A DNA stretch of 64,000 nucleotides from Candidatus Omnitrophota bacterium (GTDB taxonomy: Bacteria; Omnitrophota; Gorgyraeia; Gygaellales; Profunditerraquicolaceae), in contig JAQUOV010000006.1 in the NCBI GenBank assembly GCA_028716965.1, positions 23,282 to 87,281 of the forward strand. The letters are read 5' to 3'. A program made the translations under genes and the position numbers. A model generated the notes under the pieces. That model did no database searches and was not told where the DNA came from. It saw only the letters and a program-made list of their open reading frames with translations. Below, piece by piece: positions 50,221 to 61,704 of the stretch; position 1 is the stretch's first letter; every line of letters starts with the position of its first letter.

Positions 50221-50798
50221 TGTTTGATAAAGTTATCCCTGATCTTGCCTACAGCGGGGTTAAATTTTTGCTGGGGGAAGAATTTAGAGAAAACACCCTC
50301 CCAGATCCAGCTATATGTTTGAGCGGAAACCGAAACAGCCCGGCTGCCTAAACAAGAATGCCTTACTGAACTGCCGAAATAGCCTACATTTGAAACAATC
50401 AGCACAAAGATTAATAAGCCTATGGTAAAATACCCTCGTACTAACCCCAGGATAAGGCCGCCATACTTGTTAAGATTGGGTACGGCCTCCATTTTCATAA
50501 AACGGTAAAAAGTGGAGCGTAAAAGCACAAACACCATATAGCCTGCTACAGCCAAAATAATGAAGGTTATAAAATCTATAAACCCCAATGGCATCTTCTC
50601 CGGAAAATAACGAAGCTGAAAAGCATGCGAAAGAGTGGTGTAATAATGCGAAGAAATAAATATTGCCGACAATATGCCTAAGAGCTTAAATAATTCTATA
50701 ACCAAACCCGTCTTAACAGCAACGTAACATATTCTAAATAATATAATTAGGATAATAACATCCAGAAAATTAAACTGCCAGATAGGGGTATTAACCAC
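50217..50798 (-). CDS. cvpA: CvpA family (colicin V production) membrane protein
   Basis: 193 aa with 4 TM helices. The N-terminal FNFLDVIILIILF..GLVIE and GLVRGY motifs are typical of CvpA. Confidence 0.7.
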   Translation of the reverse strand: MVNTPIWQFNFLDVIILIILFRICYVAVKTGLVIELFKLLGILSAIFISSHYYTTLSHAFQLRYFPEKMPLGFIDFITFIILAVAGYMVFVLLRSTFYRFMKMEAVPNLNKYGGLILGLVRGYFTIGLLIFVLIVSNVGYFGSSVRHSCLGSRAVSVSAQTYSWIWEGVFSKFFPQQKFNPAVGKIRDNFIKQ

Positions 50799-50872
50799 TC
50801 ATATCCTCCATTATTTGAATACTGGAAAGTATAACATATATTCGGGTGGCTTGTCAAGGAAAGGGCTTTCTT

Positions 50873-51823
50873 TTACCTTCTGAACCAGGATATTGTGCGC
50901 TCAAGCCCTTCCTGCAGGCAGACAGCAGGTTCCCAGGACAGCAGTCTTCTGGCTTTAGCGATATCCGGCTGGCGCTGGCGCGGATCGTCAGCAGGAAGCC
51001 GTTTATATATGATACTGCTTTTTGACCCGCTTATCTTCAAAACCAGCTTAGCCAGCTGCATTATAGTAAACTCATCAGGATTACCTAAATTTACAGGCTC
51101 ATTTATCTTTGAAAGCATCAACCGCATTACCCCTTCCACTAAATCATCAATATAGCAGAAACTCCGCGTCTGGCACCCTTCCCCGTAAACAGTTAAAGGT
51201 TTATTTCTTATCGCGGAAAATATAAAGTTAGGCATTACCCTGCCGTCATTATGGCGCATCTTTGGCCCATAGGTATTAAAAATACGCACAATTTTTGTAT
51301 CCAGGTTGTGCACCCGGTGATAAGCCATAGTAATGGCCTCGGCGAAACGCTTGGATTCATCATAGCATCCTCGTACACCTACAGGATTGACATTGCCCCA
51401 ATAACTTTCTTTTTGCGGGTGCTCTAACGGATCGCCATAAACCTCTGAAGTAGAAAACAGCAAGAAAACGGCTTTCTTCCTTTTTGCAAGGCCCAATGCG
51501 TTATGCGTACCCAAAGAGCCGACCTTCAGCGTCTGGATAGGAAAATCCAGGTAATCCTTAGGCGAAGCCAGGGAAGCGCAGTGCAAGACATAATCCACTT
51601 TACCAGCTATACTGATATAATTCGAAACATCAAGCTTGTTAAAACGAAAGGCTTTATATTTAAGCAGCGCCCGGATATTTCCGGCAGAGCCGGTGATGAG
51701 ATTATCCAGGCAGATTACGGCGTAATCATTATTCAGCAGCTTTTCGCACATGTGCGAGCCGATAAAACCTGCGCCACCGGTAATTAACACTGTTCTCTTA
51801 CGCATTATTTTTCCAATAATCAA
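50873..51823 (-). CDS. uxs: UDP-glucuronate decarboxylase (UDP-xylose synthase), extended SDR
   Basis: It has [13 protein letters not shown], the YDESKRFAE catalytic YxxxK region and [10 protein letters not shown], all typical of UXS. The true start is probably the internal Met ([11 protein letters not shown]). Confidence 0.7.
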   Translation of the reverse strand: MIIGKIMRKRTVLITGGAGFIGSHMCEKLLNNDYAVICLDNLITGSAGNIRALLKYKAFRFNKLDVSNYISIAGKVDYVLHCASLASPKDYLDFPIQTLKVGSLGTHNALGLAKRKKAVFLLFSTSEVYGDPLEHPQKESYWGNVNPVGVRGCYDESKRFAEAITMAYHRVHNLDTKIVRIFNTYGPKMRHNDGRVMPNFIFSAIRNKPLTVYGEGCQTRSFCYIDDLVEGVMRLMLSKINEPVNLGNPDEFTIMQLAKLVLKISGSKSSIIYKRLPADDPRQRQPDIAKARRLLSWEPAVCLQEGLERTISWFRR

Positions 51824-52883
51824 CGGTAAGCTTTAGGCCGTTTACAAAATCAACCGCAGGCTTAAATTTCAGGATTTTCCTTGAGGCGCTTATATCTGCC
51901 AGCGTCTTGAATACATCCCCGGCCCGCCGGCTAAGCAATAAAGGCAATATATTCTTCCCTAAGATTTTGTTTAATATCCTTACCAAATCCAGGATCGTGG
52001 TATCCTTGCCTCCGGCAACATTAAAAACCCCATATCTTACTTTATCCGCTTTTACAGCCAAAAGGTTAGCGTCTACTACGTTCTGCACAAAAGTAAAATC
52101 GCGCGACTGCTTTCCGTTGCCAAACACTGGCGGCCGGCGGTTATTCAAGAGGCAATTGATGAATTTCGGGATCACCACCGCATACTCATCGTCAAGCGCC
52201 TGGCGCGGACCAAAAACATTAAAATAGCGCAAGGCAATTGCCGGTAATGCAAAATGCAAGCTGAATATCCTGCAATAATGCTCGCCTGTCAATTTTGTCA
52301 ACGCGTACGGCGAGACGGGCTCAGGGACAAAGCTTTCTTTTTCGGGAAACGTATTGACCTCTCCATAAACAGAGCTGGAAGAAGCAAAGACAAACCGCTT
52401 AACCCTGTTCCTGCTTGCGGCCTCAAGCATGTTTAATGTCCCGCCGATATTAACCCGGTTGTATCCGCGCGGATCAGTCATAGATTTAGGCACGCTTCGC
52501 AGTGCTGCCTGATGCAGCACAAAATCAATGCCCCGCGCTGCTTTAAAACATATGGCCGGAGAACAAATATCACCCTTGATCAAATCAATCTTTTTTTCTA
52601 CACCACGGAGGTTGGCGATCCTGCCGCTTGAAAAATCATCCAGCACGCGCACATAATGTTTCTGCCTAATTAAAGCCTCAACAATATGCGAACCGATAAA
52701 ACCTGCCCCTCCTGTTACCAGAAACCTGCTCACCACCCGCCTTCTTTCCTGTCCGATTTTCTTAACCACAACTTTACGATAATTAATCTCATTTTTCAAT
52801 CTTTTAAGTTTAAGGAAAATGCGCAGTTTATAACCGCTCCACCTTATCTTGATGCATACCTTTAAATATATTCCTTGAATCAA
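51798..52883 (-). CDS. NAD-dependent epimerase/dehydratase family protein (UDP-sugar 4-epimerase-like)
   Basis: It has a [12 protein letters not shown] Rossmann motif and a YALTK catalytic motif. The first roughly 45 codons of the track ORF are probably not translated, as a GTG/TTG start near 52740 is likely. Confidence 0.6.
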   Translation of the reverse strand: MIQGIYLKVCIKIRWSGYKLRIFLKLKRLKNEINYRKVVVKKIGQERRRVVSRFLVTGGAGFIGSHIVEALIRQKHYVRVLDDFSSGRIANLRGVEKKIDLIKGDICSPAICFKAARGIDFVLHQAALRSVPKSMTDPRGYNRVNIGGTLNMLEAASRNRVKRFVFASSSSVYGEVNTFPEKESFVPEPVSPYALTKLTGEHYCRIFSLHFALPAIALRYFNVFGPRQALDDEYAVVIPKFINCLLNNRRPPVFGNGKQSRDFTFVQNVVDANLLAVKADKVRYGVFNVAGGKDTTILDLVRILNKILGKNILPLLLSRRAGDVFKTLADISASRKILKFKPAVDFVNGLKLTVDYWKNNA

Positions 52884-54138
52884 AAATTAATTTTGCATGC
52901 TTCAATAAACGGAAGTAATCTACCCCTGAATGGTCGGTAGCAATTAGGACGCAGTCAAACTCCCTGATCTTCTTAGCGCTTAGGGTTACCGATTTGAGGT
53001 TGATCTCTTTCAATCTAAGGAATGGTATAAGCGGATCAGAATAAGCGACGCCAGCTGCATGCCTTCTTAAACTGTTAATCACATCTATACTCGGGGACTT
53101 ACGCAGGTCCTTCACATCTTTTTTATATGTAACACCCATGATTAGTATCTTTGAGTCTTTAATTTTTTTATTGTACCGGCCAAGGGACTCTTCAATTCTT
53201 TTTACGATATATTCAGGCATATAATTTATTACATTTGAAGCCAGGCTGATAAAACGGGAATGAAAACCAAAACTTTTGGCTTTCCAGTGCAGGTACAGCG
53301 GGTCTTTAGGGATGCAGTGCCCTCCTACGCCAGGCCCGGGATAAAACGGCATGAAGCCAAAAGGCTTGGTACTGGCAGCATGGATTACCTCCCAAACATC
53401 AATCTTCATTTTATGCGCCATCATTGACAACTCATCGATTAAACCGATATTAATCAGGCGAAAGGTGTTCTCAAGGAGTTTTACAGTTTCGGCGCAGCGC
53501 GCGCTGCTTACAGGCACTACCTGCTTAATAATAATGCCATAAACTAAGACGGCCAGGCGGGTAGCTTTAGGGCTTAAGCCCCCCACAACTTTGGGGATTT
53601 TATGCACGGGGAACCTTTTATTACCCGGGTCTATCCTTTCAGGAGAAAAACAAAGGTAATAATCTTTCCCGTGCACGAAACCGCGATTCTTAAAAATCGG
53701 CATGATCTCTTCTTCCGTTGTCCCGGGGTAAGTAGTGCTTTCCAGAATCACAAGCGCGCCATTCTTTATATGCAGCGCAGCTTCTTTTACCGCATTTCTT
53801 ATAAATGAGATATCCGGCAGGTTCCTGCCCTTAAGCGGAGTAGGGACACAAACCAGAACTACATCGGCTTTTCTAATATCCGAAAAATCAGAGCTTGCTT
53901 TAAAATAACCGTTTTTCAAGCTGTCCCTTAACTGTTTATCGCTGATATCGCTGATATAGGACTTAAGATTAACAATAGACTTGAGCCGGTCGCAGTCTAT
54001 CTCAATACCGATTACCGAAACGCGTTTCCTGGCAAACTCCAAGGCCAGCGGGAAACCCACATAACCTAAGCCGATCACAGCTATTTTCAACTGCCTATTT
54101 TTAATCTTTTTGCTTAAATCCAAAATAGCTTTATCCAT
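52828..54138 (-). CDS. nucleotide-sugar dehydrogenase (UDP-N-acetyl-D-mannosamine/glucosamine dehydrogenase family, WecC/WbpA-like)
   Basis: An N-terminal KIAVIGLGYVGFPLA NAD motif is followed by a central dimerisation domain and a C-terminal UDP-binding domain. The start is placed at the Met of MDKAILDL, downstream of the track start. Confidence 0.65.
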   Translation of the reverse strand: MDKAILDLSKKIKNRQLKIAVIGLGYVGFPLALEFARKRVSVIGIEIDCDRLKSIVNLKSYISDISDKQLRDSLKNGYFKASSDFSDIRKADVVLVCVPTPLKGRNLPDISFIRNAVKEAALHIKNGALVILESTTYPGTTEEEIMPIFKNRGFVHGKDYYLCFSPERIDPGNKRFPVHKIPKVVGGLSPKATRLAVLVYGIIIKQVVPVSSARCAETVKLLENTFRLINIGLIDELSMMAHKMKIDVWEVIHAASTKPFGFMPFYPGPGVGGHCIPKDPLYLHWKAKSFGFHSRFISLASNVINYMPEYIVKRIEESLGRYNKKIKDSKILIMGVTYKKDVKDLRKSPSIDVINSLRRHAAGVAYSDPLIPFLRLKEINLKSVTLSAKKIREFDCVLIATDHSGVDYFRLLKHAKLIFDSRNIFKGMHQDKVERL

Positions 54139-55429
54139 TCCCCCTGCCCACTCCGATATAGGTAAACCCCATTTCTTTAAGCAACCCGGGGTCATATATA
54201 TTTCTTGCATCAATAAGCAGCATCCGTTTTAGTACCTTCTTTAAGCGGGTAAAATCCATCTCTTTGAATTCATTCCATTCTGTAGCGACGATAAGGCAGT
54301 CTGCTGACCTGGCTGCCTGGTAGAGGTCTTTGCAAAAAACAACATTTTTTAAAGATTCTTTTGCTTTACTCATTGCTTTAGGGTCATAAACCCTGACCTT
54401 AGCCCCTTCCTGTATCAAAGCCTTAACTAAATCAATGCTGGGGGCATTCCTTAAATCATCGGTATTGGGCTTAAAAGCAAGCCCTAAAACCGCTATCGTC
54501 TTATCTTTTATAATCCACAGCTCATCCTTGATTTTCTGCAAAACAAACCTCTTCTGCTCTTCATTGACATTCTTTACTGCTTTAAGGATCTTGAAATCAT
54601 AACCTAATTTCTCGGCAATATTTATAAAGGCTTCCAGGTCCTTAGGAAAACAGGAACCCCCATAACCTATGCCGGCGTGCAGGAAATAACGGCCGATACG
54701 GTTATCTAAACCCATCCCCTGGGCAACTTCTTTTACATCCGCCCCCACTTTATCACAAATACGGGATATAGCATTAATGAAGGAAATCTTGGTGGCCAAG
54801 AATGCGTTGGATGCATGCTTAATCAGCTCGGCAGATTTTATGTTAGTAACTAAAATCGGCCGGTTTAACGGCCGGTACAAATTAAGCATTATCTGCTTTG
54901 CCTTTGCGTTTTCTACTCCCAATACAATCCTGTCGGGATGAGTAAAATCATTTATCGCCGAACCTTCCCTTAAGAACTCCGGGTTGGAGACTACGTCAAA
55001 CTTATGCCTCTTCTTAAGATAAGTTGAAACTGTCTTCTTGATCCAGGCACATGTCTCAACCGGAACAGTAGATTTCTCCACTATCAGGCGGTAACCATCC
55101 ATATTCTGCGCGATGCAGCGTGCGACATTTTCTATGCAAGTTAAATCCGCTTCACCGTTTTCAAGCGTAGGCGTCCCTACGGCGATAAAGATCACTTCGC
55201 TGGCCTTTACGGCAGAACTGATACTTGAGGTAAACTTAAGCCTATTATTTTTAAGGTTAAGTTTGATCATCTCCTCCAGGCCGGGTTCATAAATAGGTAT
55301 TGCCCCTTTCTTAAGAAAAGTGATCTTCTTAACGTTATTGTCAGCGCAAACAACTTTATTGCCTAATTCGGCAAAACAGGCACCGGCAACCAATCCCACG
55401 TATCCTGAGCCAATGATGGAAATATTCAT
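54131..55429 (-). CDS. ugd: UDP-glucose 6-dehydrogenase
   Basis: 432 aa. It starts MNISIIGSGYVGLVAGACFAELGN and has a catalytic Cys region (GGSCFPKD) typical of UDP-glucose dehydrogenases. Confidence 0.8.
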   Translation of the reverse strand: MNISIIGSGYVGLVAGACFAELGNKVVCADNNVKKITFLKKGAIPIYEPGLEEMIKLNLKNNRLKFTSSISSAVKASEVIFIAVGTPTLENGEADLTCIENVARCIAQNMDGYRLIVEKSTVPVETCAWIKKTVSTYLKKRHKFDVVSNPEFLREGSAINDFTHPDRIVLGVENAKAKQIMLNLYRPLNRPILVTNIKSAELIKHASNAFLATKISFINAISRICDKVGADVKEVAQGMGLDNRIGRYFLHAGIGYGGSCFPKDLEAFINIAEKLGYDFKILKAVKNVNEEQKRFVLQKIKDELWIIKDKTIAVLGLAFKPNTDDLRNAPSIDLVKALIQEGAKVRVYDPKAMSKAKESLKNVVFCKDLYQAARSADCLIVATEWNEFKEMDFTRLKKVLKRMLLIDARNIYDPGLLKEMGFTYIGVGRGNG

Positions 55430-55455
55430 TTTGAGTGCTTAAAATTTTAAGGATT

Positions 55456-57681
55456 CTACTGCGATCCGGATTTCTTTTTAGTCATAGCCTGGTCAAATCC
55501 AAACTCATTTTCAGGGAAAGCCTTAAGCCTAAAGGTAAAAAATATAGTTGTGCCGGTATCAGATTTCTTATTCAATGTAAAATCAAATTCCCAGCAATGT
55601 AAATCCCGGGTAAAAGCATACTCTTGCTCCTGCGAGCCGCGGTCAAGCGCAGATGTCTGCTTAAGGTTATAGCGTTGATACATGTGGAATTTCCATTTAG
55701 GGGTCAGCCGCCAGTCAAAACCCAAGGTAAACTCATTTTTGCCTTTTCTTTCATAGCGCTGCCCGATGCTGAATGAACGCTCTTTGCCCAAGTCAAAAGT
55801 CAAATCATAGTTTGCCAAGGAAAATTTATTGTAATTAATATTTGTGTGATCTGAATGTTCAAAGGTCACGTCGGATTCAAACCTCATCCAGGAATAGGGC
55901 AGGACCTTTAATTTATAAAGGATATCCGAAAAATTGCTTTTCAGGTTCTCACCGGACCGGGGAGTAAGAAATGCGTTATCCCCTGTTTTCGGGTCAATCA
56001 CATATTCGGTTGTGATCAAGAAATCAACAAAATCCACGCTTTGGCCGTTACGCTTAGTCTGCAGCTTATTGGATAAACCCAAGGTAGCGGTATTGCCACG
56101 GTAAATATGGTCTACGGTGGCATCGATTTGTTTTATATTAGTAAATGGAATAGTAGGAGGGTGGGTATATAAATACTCTATAGTAGGGGTAATAATATGG
56201 CGTAAGCCGTTAAGATCCAACCCCAGAAAATTGGTCTTAACATCAAAAATACGGAAAAACTTGGTGCTCATATCCGCTCCGCTGTAAAAAACTGTGCGCA
56301 CAATCCCGGTTTGGTCGTTAGCGCCTTTATCATAAAATGTCTGGCGGCTGGAAACAAAAGGTCTAAACTGAATAAAAGCAACCTTGGTTGGTAAAGAAAA
56401 GGTATTCTTGCTATCTATCCTGGTGTCAGTAAGACCATTATTAACTTCGGGATCCACGCCATTGTCCTTTTTCTTATTATAAGTACCCATTTGGTTTATG
56501 CTCTCAAAATAAAAAGGCGTCTCCCCCAATTGGAGGCTTGGCAGATTATAGTTTATCTCCGGCTTCTTTTCTATCTGGTCAAACCAGCGGTTAGTGCGCA
56601 TTTGCAAAAGCACATCCAGGCTGGAATAATTGAAAGCATGATGAAATAATGCGTAGCTTAATGGCTGGGAATCTTTTTCATATTCACGAAAGAAATAATC
56701 CTGAAGAAAACTACGGCTGTTGGGATAGCTGCTGTCTTCTTTCCTTCTTTGATCGGTAATTTTAAAGAACTCCGCAGTAACGTTGGTGCGTTCATCAATA
56801 TTCCATTTATGGCGCCAACGCATAAAATAACGATAGTAATCCGAGTACGGAGATTCATCAGGTTGATCAGGAGGCGTTTCAAGCGTATAGTAGAATTTAA
56901 AATCCCCTTTGCCTACAGGGGTATTTATATAGTTCACCTCAAAACCTTCCCCCCAGCCTAATTTACTACGGTAATCAAGGAAGCCTTTGGCATTTACCTT
57001 CTCTGTAAGGTTATAACGCCAAACACTTAAAAGATAGGGGCCCCAATCCTTGCGCGTGCCGGGTTCAACCTGCACATGCATAATCGGCTCTTTCATTGAA
57101 TAGTTAAAACGCGGAAGATAAGCCGTCGGAACCGCCCCGAGATAAAGGGTGGTTTGCTGGGACTGGACTTTGTCTCCGGGAAACATGCTAATCTTTTTTG
57201 AGGCTAAACGGTAATGCGGATGGTCAAAACTGCAGGTGGTAAAATACCCGCCTTTAGACACAAACTCGCTCTCGCTTACCTTTTCTATTTTTTTGGATTT
57301 CCCAAAATAAGGGTTGGCGCGAAAATCCGCGTCGTAAATTACACCGGTTTTATTCGCGAAGTCATAAACTATCCTTTCGCCGGTAATCACCCCCTTTGCG
57401 TCTTCAATCCGGGCATTGCCTTCGGCTAAACCTTCCTTTGTCTGCATATTTACCTTTAATTTATTACAGGTTAGCTTGGAGCCTTTATAGATGACCTCAA
57501 TATTTCCGGTTGCTACAACCTCCCTGTTATCGGCAGAATACTCCACATTATCCCCGTTAATAATTATGGGGGATTCCCGGTTATCCGCAGCGTACGATAA
57601 ACCGGCGCAAGAAAACAAAACAAATAGCAGGATGGCTGCCAAGAAAATGGAGTGCGAGTGGTTGAAAAACCTATTTAGCAT
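55456..57681 (-). CDS. lptD: LPS-assembly outer-membrane protein LptD (OstA family)
   Basis: 741 aa. A signal peptide and an N-terminal OstA-like beta-jellyroll ([25 protein letters not shown]...) are followed by a large C-terminal beta-barrel region rich in aromatic residues and Gly. Confidence 0.7.
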   Translation of the reverse strand: MLNRFFNHSHSIFLAAILLFVLFSCAGLSYAADNRESPIIINGDNVEYSADNREVVATGNIEVIYKGSKLTCNKLKVNMQTKEGLAEGNARIEDAKGVITGERIVYDFANKTGVIYDADFRANPYFGKSKKIEKVSESEFVSKGGYFTTCSFDHPHYRLASKKISMFPGDKVQSQQTTLYLGAVPTAYLPRFNYSMKEPIMHVQVEPGTRKDWGPYLLSVWRYNLTEKVNAKGFLDYRSKLGWGEGFEVNYINTPVGKGDFKFYYTLETPPDQPDESPYSDYYRYFMRWRHKWNIDERTNVTAEFFKITDQRRKEDSSYPNSRSFLQDYFFREYEKDSQPLSYALFHHAFNYSSLDVLLQMRTNRWFDQIEKKPEINYNLPSLQLGETPFYFESINQMGTYNKKKDNGVDPEVNNGLTDTRIDSKNTFSLPTKVAFIQFRPFVSSRQTFYDKGANDQTGIVRTVFYSGADMSTKFFRIFDVKTNFLGLDLNGLRHIITPTIEYLYTHPPTIPFTNIKQIDATVDHIYRGNTATLGLSNKLQTKRNGQSVDFVDFLITTEYVIDPKTGDNAFLTPRSGENLKSNFSDILYKLKVLPYSWMRFESDVTFEHSDHTNINYNKFSLANYDLTFDLGKERSFSIGQRYERKGKNEFTLGFDWRLTPKWKFHMYQRYNLKQTSALDRGSQEQEYAFTRDLHCWEFDFTLNKKSDTGTTIFFTFRLKAFPENEFGFDQAMTKKKSGSQ

Positions 57682-58330
57682 TATTAGATTGAGGGATTTT
57701 TTTGTAATCTTCCAGGAACCTGCTTACACCGGCATCCGTTAAAGGATGCTTGATCAACTGTTCAATCACTGAATACGGTATTGTGGCAATATCTGCTCCG
57801 ATTAAAGCCGCCTTGACCACATGTACGGGGTTACGCACGGAAGCAACGATTATCTGCGTATTAAAGCTGTAATTGGAGTAAATTTTCTTTATGTCGCTGA
57901 TTAAACCAATCCCCTCCTGGGCAATATCATCCAGCCTGCCGATAAAAGGCGAAACATAAGTTGCTCCTGCCTTAGCTGCCAGCAAAGCCTGGGTGGGTGA
58001 AAAACAAAGTGTTACATTGGTCCTGATGCCTTCAGCTGAAAGCACCTTTACCGCTTTCAAGCCCTCCCTGGTAAGCGGGACCTTGACTACAATATTCTTG
58101 GCCAGCTTAACCAGCGTACGGGCCTCATCCACCATTCCGGAAGATTCAAGGCTGATCACTTCAGCACTGACCGGCCCGCTGACTAAAGCGCATATCTCTT
58201 TTAAAACCTGTTCGGCATTCCGGCCTTCCCTTGCCATAAGAGTAGGATTGGTAGTTACTCCGTCAATAAGCCCAAGGCTGGCTGCTTCTTTTATCTCTTT
58301 AACATTTGCAGTATCAATAAAAATCTTCAT
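57671..58330 (-). CDS. fructose-6-phosphate aldolase / short transaldolase (Fsa/TalC family)
   Basis: 219 aa. It starts [16 protein letters not shown]...GVTTNPTL and has a Schiff-base lysine region (VKVPLT). Confidence 0.85.
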   Translation of the reverse strand: MKIFIDTANVKEIKEAASLGLIDGVTTNPTLMAREGRNAEQVLKEICALVSGPVSAEVISLESSGMVDEARTLVKLAKNIVVKVPLTREGLKAVKVLSAEGIRTNVTLCFSPTQALLAAKAGATYVSPFIGRLDDIAQEGIGLISDIKKIYSNYSFNTQIIVASVRNPVHVVKAALIGADIATIPYSVIEQLIKHPLTDAGVSRFLEDYKKIPQSNNAK

Positions 58331-58373
58331 CCCGCACCTTCCTGTTACTGATTCATTGAGATTATAAACCAGC

Positions 58374-59300
58374 TTATTTATTCAGTCTTTCTTTAACTAA
58401 GTAACCTGCCCCGATTATTCCGGCATCATTTCCTAACTTAGCCTTAAAGATACTTACCCTTTTTGCCTGCACGCTCATTGCGCGCAAGAGAATAACCTGA
58501 TTAATACTTTTGAATAACGCCCTGCCTGCGTAAGATATGCCGCCGCCGATTACGATTGCGTCAAGATTAAGCAGATTTACGATCCCGCTTAAAACCGAAC
58601 CTATCTTCCTGCCCACTTCATCCCAAAATCTTACTGCCCTGGCATTATCAGCCTGCGCCAAGCGGCTTACTTTTTCAAGCGTAATATCAGGACCGAATAT
58701 CTTGCGCGCTTCTTTGATGATCCTGGTATTGCCTACATAAGCCTCAAGGCAGCCGCGTGAACCACATCCACATACAGGGCCATCTTCGTTAAGCGGTACA
58801 TGCCCGATTTCGCCGGCAGCATTATCTTTGCCCCTGTAAAGAGAGTTGCCGATAATCAACCCACCGCCCACCCCCGTGCCTAATGTAATACATAAGACAT
58901 TCCCGTACCCTTTCGCCGAACCTGCTTTATGCTCTGCCAGGGCCATTAACTTGGCGTCATTATCAATAAAAACCCGCAGGCCGGTTTTATGCTCCAGAAC
59001 CTTTTTTAACCTCACTTCTTTCCATTCCGGTATATTGGGAAGGAAATGTACCAATCCCTTAAAAGTATCTACCGGCCCGGGCAAACCAATACCTACTCCC
59101 ATGATAGAACTCTTAGTTAAATTCAACCTCAAGATAAAGCTGTTTATGGAATCAATTATGCCGCCGATAAGTTCCTGCTTGCTGCTGAAACTCTTTGTGC
59201 TAAATGAGGTTTTGGCCTTGATCTTCAGGTGGCTATCAAGCAAAGCGCATTTTAAGTTAGTCCCCCCTAAATCTATAGCAATAATGAATCTTTTAACCAT
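58374..59300 (-). CDS. glk: ROK family glucokinase
   Basis: 308 aa. It has [16 protein letters not shown], the ROK zinc motif ([21 protein letters not shown]) and the GIGLPGPVD region. Confidence 0.8.
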   Translation of the reverse strand: MVKRFIIAIDLGGTNLKCALLDSHLKIKAKTSFSTKSFSSKQELIGGIIDSINSFILRLNLTKSSIMGVGIGLPGPVDTFKGLVHFLPNIPEWKEVRLKKVLEHKTGLRVFIDNDAKLMALAEHKAGSAKGYGNVLCITLGTGVGGGLIIGNSLYRGKDNAAGEIGHVPLNEDGPVCGCGSRGCLEAYVGNTRIIKEARKIFGPDITLEKVSRLAQADNARAVRFWDEVGRKIGSVLSGIVNLLNLDAIVIGGGISYAGRALFKSINQVILLRAMSVQAKRVSIFKAKLGNDAGIIGAGYLVKERLNK

Positions 59301-59405
59301 GGGTGGTATTCTATATTAAAAAACGTAATTTTTCAAGGATATTCTAACCGCCGAAGCTCAGAAGAATCATTAGGGTAAAACATGGGGATGCGGGATAAAA
59401 GAGTG

Positions 59406-60401
59406 TCAGGAAGGGCAAAAAATGACCTTATTCCTTCCTGTCCCCTTAGCCAAATACAAGGCCTGGTCAGCTTTTTCAATTAAATCCTGCATATTTTCAG
59501 CATTATCCGGGAAAGTTGATACGCCGATGCTCACAGTTACCTTCAATTCTTCATCATATGCCTTGATTACTGACTCCTCGATTGCCTGGCGGATACGTTC
59601 AGCGGCAAAAGAAGCCTGCTCCTTATCTGTTTCCGCTAATACTATTACAAGCTCCTCTCCTCCGTATCTGCCGATAAAATCTATTTGCCTGACCATATCG
59701 CTTATGGTTTTAGAAACCTGCCGCAATATAGCATCTCCGACCAGATGCCCGTAATGGTCATTAAACTGTTTAAAATTATCCAGGTCTATCATGAGAAAAC
59801 AAAGGTGCAGTTTATTCCTTCTGGAACGCTTAAGCTCTTCAGCGAAACGCTCAAGGAAATACCTTCGGCAGTAAACCTGGGTAAGCGAGTCGGTAATCGC
59901 CAGGCCCTGGACCTTCTGATAAAAGAGGGCCCTGCGAAATCCGATTAAAAACTGCTGGGAGAGTATTTCAAACTTTTCTTTATCCTTATCCGGAATACCA
60001 TCCACTACCAGATAACCGGCAATCTGGTTCTCCGCGGTGCTTAAAGGCAACACCGTATAATCTTTATAATTGATCAGCCCTGAGCTATTTTTTATATACT
60101 GACAATCCCTGACCTCAATATGTTTTTTCAGGTTATCGCGGAAGATGGCAAAAACCTGCTCCTCATCCAGGCTCTTGCAGACATCCATAGTCAATTCATA
60201 AAGCGCTAAAGTTTCGGCAAATACCCTATTAAGTCTGGAGTTCTCTGCATCCAGGGCCTCTTTCTCCTCTTTTAGCTTATTAAACTCCTTAAGTAAATCG
60301 GCGCTTTCAGCATGCCTCTGCATGAGGCGCAGGGACAAAATATCATACAGAAACACAGCCCAGGAAACTGTCAGGATCAAAAATATGATTATATAGAACA
60401 T
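59406..60401 (-). CDS. membrane-anchored GGDEF-domain diguanylate cyclase
   Basis: 331 aa. An N-terminal TM helix and coiled-coil are followed by a GGDEF domain (RYGGEELVIVL; DxLT...RR..F motifs). Confidence 0.8.
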   Translation of the reverse strand: MFYIIIFLILTVSWAVFLYDILSLRLMQRHAESADLLKEFNKLKEEKEALDAENSRLNRVFAETLALYELTMDVCKSLDEEQVFAIFRDNLKKHIEVRDCQYIKNSSGLINYKDYTVLPLSTAENQIAGYLVVDGIPDKDKEKFEILSQQFLIGFRRALFYQKVQGLAITDSLTQVYCRRYFLERFAEELKRSRRNKLHLCFLMIDLDNFKQFNDHYGHLVGDAILRQVSKTISDMVRQIDFIGRYGGEELVIVLAETDKEQASFAAERIRQAIEESVIKAYDEELKVTVSIGVSTFPDNAENMQDLIEKADQALYLAKGTGRNKVIFCPS

Positions 60402-61672
60402 ACCCGGTTTCTTCCTTTGCGCTTGGCGTCATACATGGCTTTATCCGCCTGCTGGATCAACTCATCATCGTCTTTTGTGTCAAGCGGAAAACAGGCCAGC
60501 CCGATAGAGACCGTAATAGATGTATTCTGGCGGCGCAGGAGGATCTTTTCCTTTTCAATCTTCTGCCGCAGCTCTTCAGCTACCGCATTAGCTTTCTTTT
60601 TATCTATCCCCGGCAACATAACTAAAAACTCCTCTCCCCCAAACCGGCACAACAAAGGGTTCAGCTCGCTTAAGCCCCCCTTTAACAGGAAGCTTACTTT
60701 CTTTAAAACAATATCTCCGGCAGTATGGCCGAATTTATCATTATATTGTTTGAAAAAATCAATATCGATCATCATCAGGGCAAGGCGCTGGTCAAGGCGC
60801 TGGCATCTCTTAGCTTCATCTTTTAACCTGCCGATAAAATACTGCCTGGTATAAAGGCCGGTCAAATCATCATGTATGGCCAAATCCTGTGTTTTTTGAA
60901 AAAGCAAACTGTTTTCCAGGGCTACCGCTCCAAGCCCGGAAACCAGGGAAAGAAAACGCAAATCATCCTGGTTAAAAGAACCGCTCTTATCCCTTTCAAG
61001 GCGCAGCAGTCCGAGGAGGGAATGATGGCTAATGAGCGGGGAACTGATCAATGATAAAACCGGGCGCATCTCCCGGCTGCGGATGGCATCCAAATCAAAA
61101 CGAAAATCATTTTTTAGGTCCTCAATGATGAGCTCGCGCGAATGCCTTAATACCCAGTAGTCAAAGATATCCCCTTCTTTAGAACGAATGGCCGTCTGGT
61201 TGTCTTCCTTTATGGAATGTATGAGGTTTAATTTCTGGCTGTGGTTATCCAGCAGGTAAAAAAGAACGATCCCCGAGGAATTTGAAATTAAAGAATAGAC
61301 CGTAGAGCTTAATACCTTGACTACAACCTCAAGCCTTAAGCTGCGGGTAAGGTCTTCAATGACTTTCTTTAGGTTATCATAACGGGTGATCTTAAATTTA
61401 AGCGAAAGGCTAAAATCCCGTACTTTTTCAATCTCAACATTGATAACATTTATCTGCTCTTTGATATTTTCAGCCTGAGTTAAGGCTAAAGCATCCTTAT
61501 CGGAAAAAAAACGCAGCAAATAGAATAAAATAAACGTATTTGCTGGTATAAAAATAAGGAAGGCGGACAAACTGATTTTTTGATGGAAAAAGAAAGGATT
61601 GATTATCAGCAGGATAAGAGAGGATAATGACAAAAATAAGCAGATCTTTTTTCGAGAGATACCCTGCTTCAT
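60389..61672 (-). CDS. membrane sensor GGDEF-domain diguanylate cyclase with a central GAF-like region
   Basis: 427 aa. 2-3 N-terminal TM helices and a central putative sensory domain are followed by a C-terminal GGDEF (RFGGEEFLVML). Confidence 0.8.
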   Translation of the reverse strand: MKQGISRKKICLFLSLSSLILLIINPFFFHQKISLSAFLIFIPANTFILFYLLRFFSDKDALALTQAENIKEQINVINVEIEKVRDFSLSLKFKITRYDNLKKVIEDLTRSLRLEVVVKVLSSTVYSLISNSSGIVLFYLLDNHSQKLNLIHSIKEDNQTAIRSKEGDIFDYWVLRHSRELIIEDLKNDFRFDLDAIRSREMRPVLSLISSPLISHHSLLGLLRLERDKSGSFNQDDLRFLSLVSGLGAVALENSLLFQKTQDLAIHDDLTGLYTRQYFIGRLKDEAKRCQRLDQRLALMMIDIDFFKQYNDKFGHTAGDIVLKKVSFLLKGGLSELNPLLCRFGGEEFLVMLPGIDKKKANAVAEELRQKIEKEKILLRRQNTSITVSIGLACFPLDTKDDDELIQQADKAMYDAKRKGRNRVCSI

Positions 61673-61704
61673 ACAGCCTTCTCATTAGTCCAGGATGAGA
61701 AACT

